A model generated the notes under the pieces. The model worked only from the letters and a program-made list of their open reading frames with translations. It was not told where the DNA came from and did no database searches. The position numbers and the translations under genes were made by a program. Below, one piece after another: positions 22,407-34,959 of a DNA stretch of 64,000 bases (position 1 is its first letter; each line of letters opens with the position of its first letter). Source of the stretch: Octopus sinensis (taxonomy: Eukaryota); assembly GCF_006345805.1 (NCBI RefSeq), contig NC_043021.1, forward strand, positions 16,988,001 to 17,052,000, given 5' to 3'.

Positions 22407-22720
22407 CGAGGGTGAGTCAAAAAGTAATGTCATTTTGTTTAGGGCAGGTATAATTACCGACACAGGAACATGTATCATACATCAAAATGAAGCTGGTCTT
22501 CTATGGGTCACATCCCTACTGCTCAACATAGTCACCGTTTCTCTCAATAGCAATATTCCACCTTCAAATGAGAGCATGTACCCCTGCCCCGTAAAATTCT
22601 GTTGACTGTTCTTTGAGCCACTTCTTCACTACAGTTTTCACTTCCTTGTCACTGGAATAATTTAGCATCTTCAGACTATCATCTCTTCGGCCCCATGAAA
22701 GAGGGTTTGAGAGGCAAATA
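22405..22720 (-). mobile_element. mariner transposon 3' remnant
   Basis: TA-CGAGGGTGAGTCAAAAAGTAATG TIR; minus strand reads YSSDKEVKTVVKKWLKEQSTEFY...RWNIAIERNGDYVEQ; SDYHLFGPMKEGLRGK is present but on the plus strand. Confidence 0.75.
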
Positions 22721-22869
22721 TATGTTTATATGCATATATCTATCTATCTATCTATCTATATATATATATATATCTTTATATGTATATACATACATACATA
22801 CACACACACATATAGATTGATATAAAGATTATTTGATCAAGCAGATCTTTAAAATAAGGTGTTCTAATC

Positions 22870-22926
<57 letters not shown>

Positions 22927-23717
22927 CACACACATTCACACACAACAGACTTCTTACAGTTTCCATCTACCAAATTCACTCACAAGGATTTGGTCAGCCT
23001 GAGGTTATAGTAGAAGACATTAAGACACTTGTGTAAGTTGCCACCCACACAGTGAGACTGAACCCAGAACCATGTGGTTGGGAAGCAAGCTTATCACACA
23101 CCCGTGTCTGTCTGTGCTGATGGTTTTTACTCACATTATTTTGAATTAATCATGCATTATCTCGTACCCTTTTACTCTTTTACTTGTTTCAGTCATTTGA
23201 CTTCGGCCATACTGGAGCACCGCCTTTAGTTGAGCAAATCGACCCCAGGACTTATTCTTTGTAAACCTAGTACTTATTGTATTGGTCTCTTTTGCCGAAC
23301 CGCTAAGTGACGGGGATGTAAACACACCAGCATCGGTTGTCAAACGATGTTGGGGGACAAACGCACATGCATATATATGAGAGGCTTCTTTCAGTTTCCG
23401 TCTACCAAATCCACTCACAAGGCTTTGGTCGGCCCGAGGCTATAGTAGAAGACACTTGCCCAAGGTGTCACGCAGTGGGACTGAACCCGGAACCATGTGG
23501 TTGGTAAGCAAGCTACTTACCACACAGCTACTCCTGTGCCTAATGTGACTGCTTTCTTTTAGAATGACATTGTAGAATAGGTGTGAGAGGCTGGATCTGG
23601 CCAAATGGAATATTTTGGCTGGTTTCAATGCGAAAGGGTTAAACAAAAATTGATCAAAAGACAATAGGCTGGAAGCATGAAGAAGCAATCCCCTGATTCC
23701 ATTCATTTCTTTGACAG

Positions 23718-23824
23718 CAGATAATGGTCCTCACAGACATCCACCTGGCTTGAAAGGGAAAGAGATTGGATTGTGGTACAGTCGACGCAGTCGCGCCAAG
23801 AAGGAAATGCAAGACAAACAGCAA
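23718..23824 (+). CDS. DHX36: DHX36 coding exon 3 (DHX36-specific motif, DSM/RSM)
   Basis: CAGCAG tandem acceptor (start 23718 or 23721), GTATGA donor, phase 1 to 0. DNGPHRHPPGLKGKEIGLWYSRRSRAKKEMQDKQQ versus human HPGHLKGREIGMWYAKK. Confidence 0.92.
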
Positions 23825-24129
23825 GTATGACCTCCTCCTCCTCCAAACATTTTCCCTTTTTTTTCTGTTTAAAATTCTTCTCTCTCTCTCTTTCTCTCTC
23901 TCTCTCTTTTTTTTTCTCTTTCTCTCTCTCCTTTTTCTCTCTCTCTCTTTTTCTCTTTCTTTCTTTCTCTCTCTCCTCTTTCTCTCTCTCTTTCTCTCTT
24001 CTCCCTCTCTCTCTCTTTCTCTCTTCTCCTCTCTCTCTTCCTCTCTCTCTCCCCCCCTCTCTCTCTCTGTCTCCTTGAGAGTGAAGTATATTCACACACT
24101 GCTGCTGCTGTTGTTATTGTTATTGTATA

Positions 24130-24790
24130 ACCCCAGGTCAGTTCTAATCCACGTTTGACCCATAGTGAAAAGCCAACGGCAGCAGTAGCAACAGCTTCAT
24201 CCTGTATCCAGGAATTTAATTTCTTCCTTTGATGAATGCTTCCTTTATGGTGATGCCATTAATGACTCTGTAGACCAGTTCTTGCACAGAAGAATCAATG
24301 GCGTTGACTGCATGGCAATGCTGGTGGAGGACGAGGTTGATTCCGTCGAGCCTTTCTCTCCTGTCGTTTGATTTCTTCCTTTTCTCTTCTGGTGGCTTTG
24401 AATTTTTGTGTCCCAATGGTGATGGAACAACACCACTTGGTACATACTCGTGCTTGTGTTTCAAACAATTCAGGCTCAATCCCAGCAGCTTTCAGTGTCG
24501 ATTTGAGTCGGTCCTTGCACATTGGAAGAGGCCTACCCTGTGGTCTTTTCCCTGAAGTGAACTCACTGAATAAGACTCAATGTGGGAACCCTGACCCTTC
24601 CATCCTTGCTACGTGTCTTGACCATCAAACATGATGTTTCGCAATCAGCAACTTGGTACTTTGACTGTTGGATCTTTCCGGGACTTTGTTGTTGGTCAGA
24701 TTGTCTTTCATTCAGGCATGGTCTATCTAAGACTAACTCTATGCAATGTGTGATTTTTATCTAGCCCCTGGCAAACCCCCTTAAGAACAA
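24130..24790 (-). mobile_element. RTE-clade LINE 3' fragment, degenerate
   Basis: Minus-strand pieces: WS.HVARME...LFSEL; KDRLKSTLKAAGIEPELFETQA; KRQERKARRNQPRPPPALPC. Confidence 0.75.
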
Positions 24791-25225
24791 GTGTCTCTCT
24801 GTCTCCTTAATAATTAATGTCTCCCTGTGTCTCTTTAGCTGATTCTCTCTCTCTTTTTCCCTCTTTCTGTCTCCTTAATAATTGATGTCTTCCTATGTCT
24901 CTCTTTTTCTCTTTCTCTCTCTTTCTTTCTCTCTCTTTCTCTCTTTCTTTTTTTCTCTCTCTCTCTTTCTTTCTCTTTCTTTCTCTCTCTCTTTCTTTCT
25001 CTCTTTCTTTCATTCTTTCTCTCTCTCTCTCTCTTTCATTCTCTCTCTTTCTTATTCTCTTTCTCTCTCTCTCATGTCTCCTTAATTGATATATGTGTGC
25101 CTCTTAAAACCAGTGTCTGTCTGCCTCTCTCTCTCTCTTTCTTTCTCTCTCTCTCCTTCCTTAATAACTGATGTCTCCCTGTCTGTGTGTCTCCTTAATA
25201 ACCAATTTCATTCTCTCATTAACAG

Positions 25226-25697
25226 CGTCCAATGATAAAAATGGACAGTCGGCAGGAAAATAACATCCGGGACATCTTGGATCAGTTTGGATCCGGCCCA
25301 TCCAGCAGCTCTCACCCTCATCAGTACCACCCCAGTTCCCACCACACCACTGACATCAGGGATTGCCGTGACAACGACAGAACACAGAAAGCCTCATCGG
25401 ACGACTGGTTCAACATGGACTCAGCCCACGAGGAGACCAAACCCAACAGCAGCAGCAAGTCATTGGAATCTCCCGTTTGGCACACCTCGTCTCCAAGAAT
25501 CAAGGAAAATGCTTATAATAAAGATGGCGACAACGACGAGGGTGAAGTTGGTCACGATGACAATGATAATGTCGAAATGTCATCGCAGTTGGCCGAGAGA
25601 AGCAACAGCTGTGACATCTTGGCTTCTGTCACAGAAGTGATGAAGTTTTACAAAGAAGAAACCGATTATGGAATTGATCCAGCATCGGATGACTTCG
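25226..25697 (+). CDS. DHX36: DHX36 coding exon 4 (472 nt, N-terminal linker)
   Basis: aacAG acceptor, GTAATT donor, phase 0 to 1. RPMIKMDSRQENNIRDILDQF matches human RAVVHMDERREEQIVQLLNSV, followed by a Ser/Asp-rich stretch. Confidence 0.88.
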
Positions 25698-25744
25698 GTA
25701 ATTGTTAGACTGCCATTTTTTGTTTTTGTATTTATTATTTCTTA

Positions 25745-26152
25745 CTCTTTTTACTCTTTTTACTTGTTTCAGTCATTTGACTGCGGCCATGCTGGAGCAC
25801 CGCCTTTAGTCGAGCAACTGGACCCCGGGACTTATTCTTTTGTAAGCCCAGTACTTATTCTATCGGTCTCTTTTGCCGAACCGCTAAGTGACGGGGACGT
25901 AAACACACCAGCATCGGTTGTCAAGCAATGCTAGGGGGACAAACACAGACACACAAACACACACACACACATATATATATATACATATATACGACAGGCT
26001 TCTTTCAGTTTCTGTCTACCAAATCCACTCACAAGGCATTGGTCGGCCCGGGGCTATAGCAGAAGACACTTGCCCAAGATGCCACGCAGTGGGACTGAAC
26101 CCGGAACCATGTGGCTGGTTAGCAAGCTACTTACCACACAGCCACTCCTGCG
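25745..26152 (-). mobile_element. tRNA-derived CORE-like SINE, family A (representative reverse copy)
   Basis: Head GGCGCAGGAGTGGCTGTGTGGTAAG...GGTTCAGTCCC, CORE-like GCACCTTGGGCAAGTGTCTT, internal (TA/TG)n, tail GAAACAAGTAAAAGAG. About 20 copies, e.g. 21240, 23170, 29410, 32052, 39640, 40343, 41170, 45440, 50895, 52793, 60965. Possibly octopus OR1/OR2 (unverified). Confidence 0.9.
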
Positions 26153-27200
26153 CCTTTGGGAATTTTTTTTTTTTAGTTTCTTACCCCCCCCCCCCCCGAC
26201 AGTCTTTTAATATCTTTCTTGTGATACCCACCTATCTGTATCTAACTCGGGTGTAAAACCTGCTTAACTTTATGTTTCCTCTGATTCATCATCATCATCA
26301 TCATCATCGTTTAACGTCCGCTTTCCATGCTGGCATGGATTGGACGATTTTGACTGAGGACTGGCGAACCAGATGGCTGCACCAGGCTCCAGTCTGATCT
26401 GGCAGAGTTTCTACAGCTGGATGCCCTTCCTAACGCCAACCACTCTGAGAGTGTAGTGGGTGCTTTTACGTGCCACCAGCACAAGGGCCAATCGGGCGGT
26501 CATCCTTTTGGGGTCGATAAATTAAGTATCAGTTACGTACTGGGGTCGATGTAATCGACTTAATCCGTTTGTCAGTCCTTGTTTGTCCCCTCTGTGTTTG
26601 ACCCCTTGTGGGTAATAAAGAAATAGGTACTGGCAATGGCCACACTCAAGTGGCGTTGAGGTAGGATTTGCACTTTGACCTCGTGAAACCCTCACCTAAA
26701 ACCCCCTCCAACTACGACCACCCAAACAGACCCATGGGTTGGAAAGTTGTCACCTGGGTGTAGGGGAATCACCAACAATTAAATCTTCCATTACTTTCCA
26801 AATTCTTGATCATCTTTCAAAATTACTTGAAACTTAGATATTGCATTTCACTAGAAATATAACAAAAAGGGTTAATTCTGTTTTTCTTTCTCTCCCTCTT
26901 TCCTCTCTTTCCCTCTCACCAGAGAAATGGAGGAAGAGAGAGAGAGAGCATCTCATTGTGTATTTTTCTTATTTTTATTTTTTCTTTCTTTGATCTCTTT
27001 CCTTTTCTTCATTTTTCTTTTCCTTTCATTTCACTACACTTCACTTTTTCTTCCTCCTTTTCCTCTCTTCTTTCCTCCTCCTTCCTCCTCCCTCTTTCCC
27101 CTTCCTCTTCTTCCTCCCCATTGTTCCTCATTCCTCCCCACCATACTTAGACTTCCTCCCATCCCACTTTTTCTCAATATTTTTCCTTTGGTTATTTCAG

Positions 27201-27337
27201 TGCCAAGTTCCAGTATCAAATGCAATCCTTCGCTGGATGCAGCATACCAGAAGGACCTCCAAGAACGGTCAAAGAGTACCAGCTACCAAAAAATGCTTCA
27301 ATTTCGGAAGAAATTGCCATCATACGACATGAGAAAG
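27201..27337 (+). CDS. DHX36: DHX36 coding exon 5
   Basis: AG/GT, phase 1 to 0. (V)PSSSIKCNPSLDAAYQKDLQERSKSTSYQKMLQFRKKLPSYDMRK. Confidence 0.93.
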
Positions 27338-28999
27338 GTTAGCAACACTTTGGAACATTTTACCCATCACACCCACAACCACCAGCTCGTTTTGTTTTTG
27401 CTGTAGCATTTTCCTTATCAAATGGGATATGTTCTTCATAAATTCCTTCTACCTCTACTCTTGGACACATTGGTAGAATTTTTTAAAGTCATCATTTTAC
27501 GTCCATATTCCATGCTGGCATGGGTTAGATGGTTCAACAGGATCCAAATTGCTGAAAGGCTGCATTGGTCACCACGGCCTAGCATGGTTTCTACCACTGG
27601 AAGCCCTTCTCAACACCACTTTACAGGGTGCTTTACTGAGTGCTTTTTTTCCCCTTAGCATCAACCATGGTATTTAAGTTAAGTTAAGTTAATTTTTTGG
27701 CTCAAAAAGCAAAAAACAAGGCCATGTAGGGGGACATGGAGTTATGTACAGGTGTGTTCATGCAAAGAATTCAGGCATCTTCACTATCTCGTCTGGCAGC
27801 TTATTCCATGGATCCGCAACCCGGACGGAGAAAGCTCCTCTAGAACATTTTTGGGTTGGATTGGATTACTCATGTTTAGTCTACTGCAAAACAAGGGCCT
27901 CAGCATCTTCTCCCCACCAACCATGGTCTGAGGTGGGGGCCATGAATTTGAGCTTGAGATCATACTGGTTTTATGAGTCTCCTCTGTCACACTGGCTCAA
28001 CAAGGCATGGCAGAAGGATGCACTTTTTTTTTTAAATCAAGGACATAAACCCCAGTATTCAGCTGGTACTTATCAACCCCGAAAGGGTGAAAGGCAAAGT
28101 TGACCTCAGTGGAATTTGAACTCAGAACGTCAAAACAGACAAAATACCTCTAAGCATTTCGCTTGGTGTGCTTACCATGCTGCTAGTTCATGGCCTGTCT
28201 GGAACACTGCCTGACTGGACCTCATGCCGGTGGCACGTAAAAGCACCCACTACACTCTTAGGAAGGGCATCCAGCTGTAGAAACTCTGCCAGATCAGATT
28301 GGGGCCTGGCGCAGCCATCTGGCTCGTCAGTCCTCAGCCAGACTGACCAACCCATGCCAGCATGGAAAGCGGATGTTAAACGATGATGATGATGATGATG
28401 AAGTCACTAAGTCCCTCACAACAAAAAGCCCCTGCATCGAGTTGGGATGCAAAATCAGGGCAAGTGACATTATGCTTGGGGTAGAGAGGCCGAAGTACGT
28501 ACATGGGTACCCTAACAAGAAAGGGGAGAAAGGATGATGAAGATGAAGTATATCAGGGTATACCCTCAATGTATACGAAGCGGGGTAGAGTGCTGGTCCA
28601 AAATGTTCCAGTAGTATGTAGTTATGACCCTTTATGTTCTGAGTTCAAATCTCATGAGGCTAATTTGACCTCCCAAGGTGCTGACATGGCCATGTGGTTG
28701 AAATGCTTACTACCCAACCACATGGTCCTTGGTTCAGTCCCACTTCTTAACTGCTCAACCAAGCTTGTGCCTATCGTGTATATATAGATCGTTAGCTCCT
28801 ACACGCATTTTTTTTCTCTCCTTGTTTTTTTTCTGTTTATCTTTCTGTCGAAGAGCGTAGGCTCGAAACGTAAAAGACTTTTTCTATTTCTATTCCTGAG
28901 CGGCATACTAATACAATTGTTTGTTTGTATTCCACCTGCCTTCGTCTTTTGTTTATTTTCGTAAACCTTCCCGTTATATATATATATATATATAATATA

Positions 29000-29224
29000 C
29001 AGGTTTGGCCAAAAGTCCCCCAACAGTAAATCAAAATACCATAAAGACTGCCATTCTGTATTGACTTGAATGGAAAAATGTGTCACTCATGAAGGACTTC
29101 AGTTTGAACAATTTTCATGATATTTTATATTGAGATGCTTTTCTTAAATTCATTCAGTTGTTAAACAGAAATCTTGGAATTAAATGGTTTTGAGTTACTG
29201 TCAGGTGACTTTTGGCCAACCCTG
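29000..29224. mobile_element. Tc1/mariner MITE
   Basis: TA on both sides; TIR CAGG(T/G)TTGGCCAAAAGTC(C/A)CC. Confidence 0.8.
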
Positions 29225-29262
29225 TATATTTACTTTAAAAAAAAAACATTGTATTTTTACAG

Positions 29263-29337
29263 GAACTTGTAGATAAGATTCAGAACAACCAAGTGGTGGT
29301 CATTAGTGGAGAGACTGGTTGTGGTAAAACAACTCAG
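29263..29337 (+). CDS. DHX36: DHX36 coding exon 6 (motif I, Walker A)
   Basis: ELVDKIQNNQVVVISGETGCGKTTQ; AG/GT, phase 0 to 0. Confidence 0.96.
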
Positions 29338-29837
29338 GTAAACAATGCTTTCTATCTTGTTTGATTTCTTACAAGGTCACTTTTGTAACTATGTGTGTAT
29401 TGGTTTGTGTTTGTATCTTTTACTTGTTTTGACTGTGGCCATGCTGGAGCAGCGCCTTTAGTTGAGCAAATCCACCCCAGGACTTGTAAGCCTAGTACTC
29501 ATTCTATCAGTCTCTTTTGCCGAACCGCTAAGTTACGTAGTCTTAAACACACCAGCATCAGTTGTCAAGCAATATTGGGGTAATAAACACACACACAAAT
29601 GTATACACGCACACACACACACATATATACGACGGGCTTCTTTCAGTTTCCGTCTACCAAATCCACTCACAAGGCTTTGGTCGGCCCGAGGCTATAATAG
29701 AAGACACTTGCCCAAGGTGCCACACAGTGGGACTGAACCCGGAACCATGTGGTTGGTAAGCTAGCTACTTACCACACACACACACACACATATATATATA
29801 TGTACATACATTAATTATTGGTTAGCAAGCTACTTAC

Positions 29838-29873
<36 letters not shown>

Positions 29874-31050
29874 CATTCATTTATTGGTGAGCAAGCTACT
29901 TACCACACACACACACACACACACACACAGACATATATATATATATACATACATTAATTATTGGTAAGCAAGCTACTTACCACACACACACACACATATA
30001 TATATATACACATATACATACATTAATTTATTGGTAAGCAAGCTACTTACCACACAGCCACTCCTATGCCTAAGTTGTGAATTTATGTATTTCTGTATGT
30101 TTGTGTGTGTGTGTGTAAGTTGTTACACTGATGCTTAATTCTTGTAGAAATGCCTTTGTAATTCATAAACACATACACACACACACCATGGAAAGCAAGG
30201 GAAAAATTAACGTGTACGAGTTCTGTATAAAAACTGTCACTCCGTCGTTTACAACGATGAGGGTTCCAGTTGATCCGATCATCAGAACAGCCTGCTTGTG
30301 AAATTAACCTGCAAGTGGCTGAGTACTCCACAAACATGCATACCCTCAATGTAGTTCTCGGGGAGATTCAGCGTGACACAGAGTGTGACAAGATTGGCCC
30401 TTTGTATTACAGGTACTAATCAGTTTTGCCAGCTGAGTAGACTGGAGTAATGTGAAGTAAAGTGTCTTGCTCAAGGATACAACACATCACTGGAAATTGA
30501 ACTCACGACCTTACGCCCATGAGCTGAATACCCTACCTGTTAAATCATGCAGTTTCAGTTTATTTATAAACTTATATATATTCCGTGCTGGTGGCACATT
30601 AAAAGCACCAACCGATCATGGCCGCTGCCAGCCTCCCCTGGCCCCTGTGCCGGTGGCACATAAAAAGCACCTACTACATTCACGGAGTGGTTGGCGTTAG
30701 GAAAGCATCCAGCTATAGAAACACTGCCAGATCAGACTGGAGCCTGGTGCAGCCTCCTGGCTTCCCAGACCCCGGTCGAACCGTTCAACCCGTTCTCGCG
30801 CGGAATAAGGACATTAAACGATGATGATGATGATGATATTCTCTCCTTCTGTCTCTCTTTCACACACACACACTTTAGATTTCAGTATTTGTATTTTTAA
30901 AACTTTGTGGCACACCCAGAAATCCCTTGTGATGTTGTGGGACACCAGTGTGACACCATGGCACATACAATTTGAGTATATACATATACACATGTACATA
31001 CATGCATATCTACATACATACATCAGTATGTACATACATATATACATACA

Positions 31051-32521
31051 TACAAGCCCAAAAGTAGGTTTGCGGTTATTAAACTATATCCTTCACATTC
31101 ATATATTAACAGTTTCATCATCATCATCATCATTTAGCGTCTGTTCTCCATGCTAGCATGGGTTGGACGGTTCAACTGGGATCTGTGAAGCTGGAAGGCT
31201 TCATCAGGCCCAGTCAGATCTGGCAGTGTTTCTACGGCTAGATGCCCTTCCTAACGCCAACCACTCCGTGAGTGTAGTGGGTGCTTTTTACGTGCCACCC
31301 GCACAGGTGCCAGACAGAGCTGGCAAACGGCCACGAACAGATGGTGCTTTTTACATGCCACCGGCACGGGGGCCAGGCGAGGCTGGCAACGGACACGAAC
31401 AGATGGTGCTTTTACGTGCCACCAACACGGGGGCCAGACAGAGCTGGCAAACGGCCACGAAACAGATGGTGCTTTTACGTGTCACCGGCACGGAGGCCAG
31501 GCGAGTCTGGCAACGGACACGAACGGATGGTGCTTTTACATGCCGACACGGGGGCCAGACAGGGTTGGCAAACGGCCACGAACGGATGGTGTTTTTACGT
31601 GTCACCGGCACGGGGGCCAGACAGAGCTGGCAAATAAAAAAATATGAAACCATTATTCAGCAAGCTGGAGCAGCTCCACATTGCCAGTAAGAGAGTATGT
31701 TAACCAAGCCTTTCCACAGCATCGGTTTGGAAGAGAAGGCAGCATTGAATGGCCACCACGTTCACCTGACCTGGCACCAATCGAATTTCGTTTTTTGTGG
31801 GGTATTGTAAAGAACAAGGTTTATGAGAAGAATCCCAAAACAGTAAAGGAATTAAAAGATTACATTTCTGATGCATTCACTGAAATTGATGGAGATCGGA
31901 ATTTGTGCCATACTGTGTGTCTGAGTGTTCTAAAGAGGTTTGAAGAATGTTGCAATGTTGAAGGAGGACATTTTGAGCCTCTGAGAGATTAAGCATTGTC
32001 TGTTTAAGATGAGCATAAACAATATGATAGTAAGATAGAAATTTATATTCTAGGCGCAGGAGTGGCTGCGTGGTAAGTAGCTTGCTAACCAACCACATGG
32101 TTCCGGGTTCAGTCCCACTGCGTGGCATCTTGGGCAAGTGTCTTCTGCTATAGCCCCGGGCCGACCAAAGCCTTGTGAGTGGATTTGGTACATGGAAACT
32201 GAAAGAAGCCTGTCGTATATATGTATATATATGTATATATATATGTGTTTGTGTGTCTGTGTTTGTCCCCCTAGCATTGCTTGACAACCAATGCTGGTGT
32301 GTTTACGTCCCCGTCACTTAGCGGTTCGGCAAAAGAGACCGATAGAATAAGTACTGGGCTTACAAAGAATAAGTCGATTTGCTTGACTAAAGGCAGTGCT
32401 CCAGCATGGCCGCAGTCAAATGACTGAAACAAGTAAAAGAGAGTATGTAATAAAAGGTTTTTCAAAGAAATTTAAAGTGCTTTTGTGATGACTGTAAACC
32501 TACTTTTGGGGCCACCCTGTA
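31051..32521 (+). mobile_element. Internally deleted Tc1/mariner element with nested SINE-C and SINE-A
   Basis: Left TIR remnant CCCAAAAGTAGGTTT, right AAACCTACTTTTGGGGCCACCCTG-TA. Transposase C-terminus WPPRSPDLAPIEFRFLWGIVKNKVY...GGHFE at 31681-31992. Confidence 0.75.
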
Positions 32522-32565
32522 TACATATATACATTTGTTCACTCATACTTGTATAACAATTGCAG

Positions 32566-32661
32566 GTACCTCAATTTATCTTGGACGACTACTTAGAACA
32601 AGGAATGGGTTCAACGTGTAGCATCATCTGCACACAACCTCGGCGAATCAGCGCTGTTTCT
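32566..32661 (+). CDS. DHX36: DHX36 coding exon 7 (motif Ia)
   Basis: [32 protein letters not shown]; phase 0 to 0. Confidence 0.96.
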
Positions 32662-33414
32662 GTAAGTAAATAATTCCTCTCTCTCTCTCTCTCTCTCTCT
32701 TCCTCTCTCTCTCTTCCTCTCTCTCTCTCTCTCTCTCTTCCTCTCTCTCTTTCTCTTTCTTCTCCAAAACACTTCTTCCTCCAAAATATTGCCTCACTCC
32801 ACATACATATCTTGCTTAAAACAGTCACTATAACCAACCACCAATGAAGCAGTTATGTAGTTGATCATTCTGTTAGAAATAGAAGCTAAATCTCCCTCAT
32901 ATCACATCTTGTGGTCATCTCATTAAATGCACTGCTAACACAGTAGGATACGGTTATTGACTTATAAAAATGTTTAATACACTTAGTAGTATATTATGGT
33001 TGCATAACGAAATACCATGTCCTTACAAGTTGTTAATATTTATGTACGAGCTTTCAAGTGTGTGTTTCATCTGTAAAATTGGTTTATCCAATAATGTTAT
33101 ACCACTATATTAGTGTATATATAAGTTTGTGGATAATAATATATTATATTACGGAGATGTACTTGTATAGCGAGTGACTTGATCTGAGATCGTATGCTGG
33201 AATGAAAACAATTGCAGCGTGGAAGGTGTTTATAAGCCATTTAAGAAACACACAAAAGCCGTTCGATTCACTTCAACATTTATATTTAATTTGTCAAAAT
33301 TATATATCATAATAATATATTAGTGTATATATGAGTTTGTGGATAATAATATATTATATATTATACCGCTATATTTAGTGCATATATGAGTTTGTGGATA
33401 AAAATATATTATCT

Positions 33415-33710
33415 CTAACCGCTCAGTCGAAGTCGACTCTCGGTTACTCAATGGATCAGTGTCCTCCAGTCAGTTCTATCCTGGACCGCTTCTTTCAGAT
33501 TGGCTATGTCCATTCCGGTATCACTCTTGACGGTGTCAAGCCAGCGGGTTCTTGGTCGGCCTCTTCCTCTCTTGCCACTGACCATTCCGAGCATGATGTC
33601 CTTCTCCAGGGATTTTCTCCGCATAATATGACCGAAATATGCCAATCTATGCTTGGTGATCCTAGCTTCTAGCGACATTTTCGGCCTAATCTGCTTAAGG
33701 ACTTCTCCAA
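33415..33710 (-). mobile_element. RTE (BovB-like) LINE 3' end
   Basis: RLAYFGHIMRRKSLEKDIMLGMVSGKRGRGRPRTRWLDTVKSDTG...DRTDWR; inserted into a ~50-bp AT-rich minisatellite (33105-33800). Confidence 0.88.
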
Positions 33711-34959
33711 CACCATTAGTGTATATATGAGTTTGTGGATAATAATATATTATATATTGTACCGCTATATTTAGTGGCTAATGAGTTCGCGGATAATAAA
33801 TGGGTTGGATGGGTCCTGATGAAGGAGCAAAAACTCCTGAAGTATGGCATATATGCCCATTAACAATTTTTCATCTTCAATCTCATCGTTGTTGTTTATA
33901 CCAGGCGTCTCGGATACAAAACATTATTACGAAAACCAGTGCTGGCTTTAATCTCTATAGAAAATCTGAAGAGATAACATTGAGAAGTGATTTAAATCGC
34001 ACTGCTAACACAGGAGAACAGAATATCCACTTAATATATTTTGTAGCATATGATGGTTGCATTACGAAAAACGGGGTCCCTACGGGTCATTGATATTTAT
34101 GTACCTATTCTTATGCTTCAACTGGACAAATGCCAGCAACACTTCCTGGCTTTTGGGTACCTCCAGCAGAGTCCCATCTGTTGCAAAAATTCAGGCCCTG
34201 TCTTCAATCTAGAGAGACATTTCATCCCTTTCTCCTCCCAGTAAAAAGGGCCTCTTATATGGGGTCAGAGATACAGTGTCTAGGGGAAAAAAGGTGGAAT
34301 GGTCATGGCTGGAAAACTTTTTGATCATAGGTTTTTGCTCAATCAGGAGTAATAGCAAGAAGCTTAATGACCACAGCTGATGCAATCACTAAGGCATTTC
34401 TCATTTTCTCCACCACCCTCACCACTGCCCCTACCCTCACCATCACCACCACCACCTCCACTCTCTCTATATGAACCATCTGTGAAAAAAATCACTGCTG
34501 TCCAAATCGTTTCCTCTCTTTCTTTCCTAAATTGTTTCATTGAATTAGATGGGAAGGTTTTGTGAGGGGTGGGGGTACAGTGGTCAAGATCTTTGCAAGA
34601 GGTCACACTCCCAGTCATTGATGAAATTGGATGACCTTTGCTGGTCCTTTGACAAAACTGGTGACCTTGATGATGGTAATGTTCCATTTAAAATGGAGGC
34701 TGGACATGTCCGTGTGTCAGTTAGTGATTGAATGCCAATCTGTTTAGTGGCAAAAATGATCAATAAAATAAGCGCCAGAGTTAAAGATAGGGTTGCTTTG
34801 TTTTTACTAAATTCTTTAAGGTTGTGCTCCAGCATGGCCACAGTCCAATGACTGAAATGAGTTAAAGACAAAAAGAAAACAAAAGAGATCAAATATTAAG
34901 TTTTAGAATAACTTCTCTGCTCTGCCTTTGGGAAAAAAACATCTTTTTATTTCTCCCCC

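Noticed and set aside
31163-31690. 175-aa ORF with repeats
   Set aside because: Product of 60-bp internal repeats of SINE-C.
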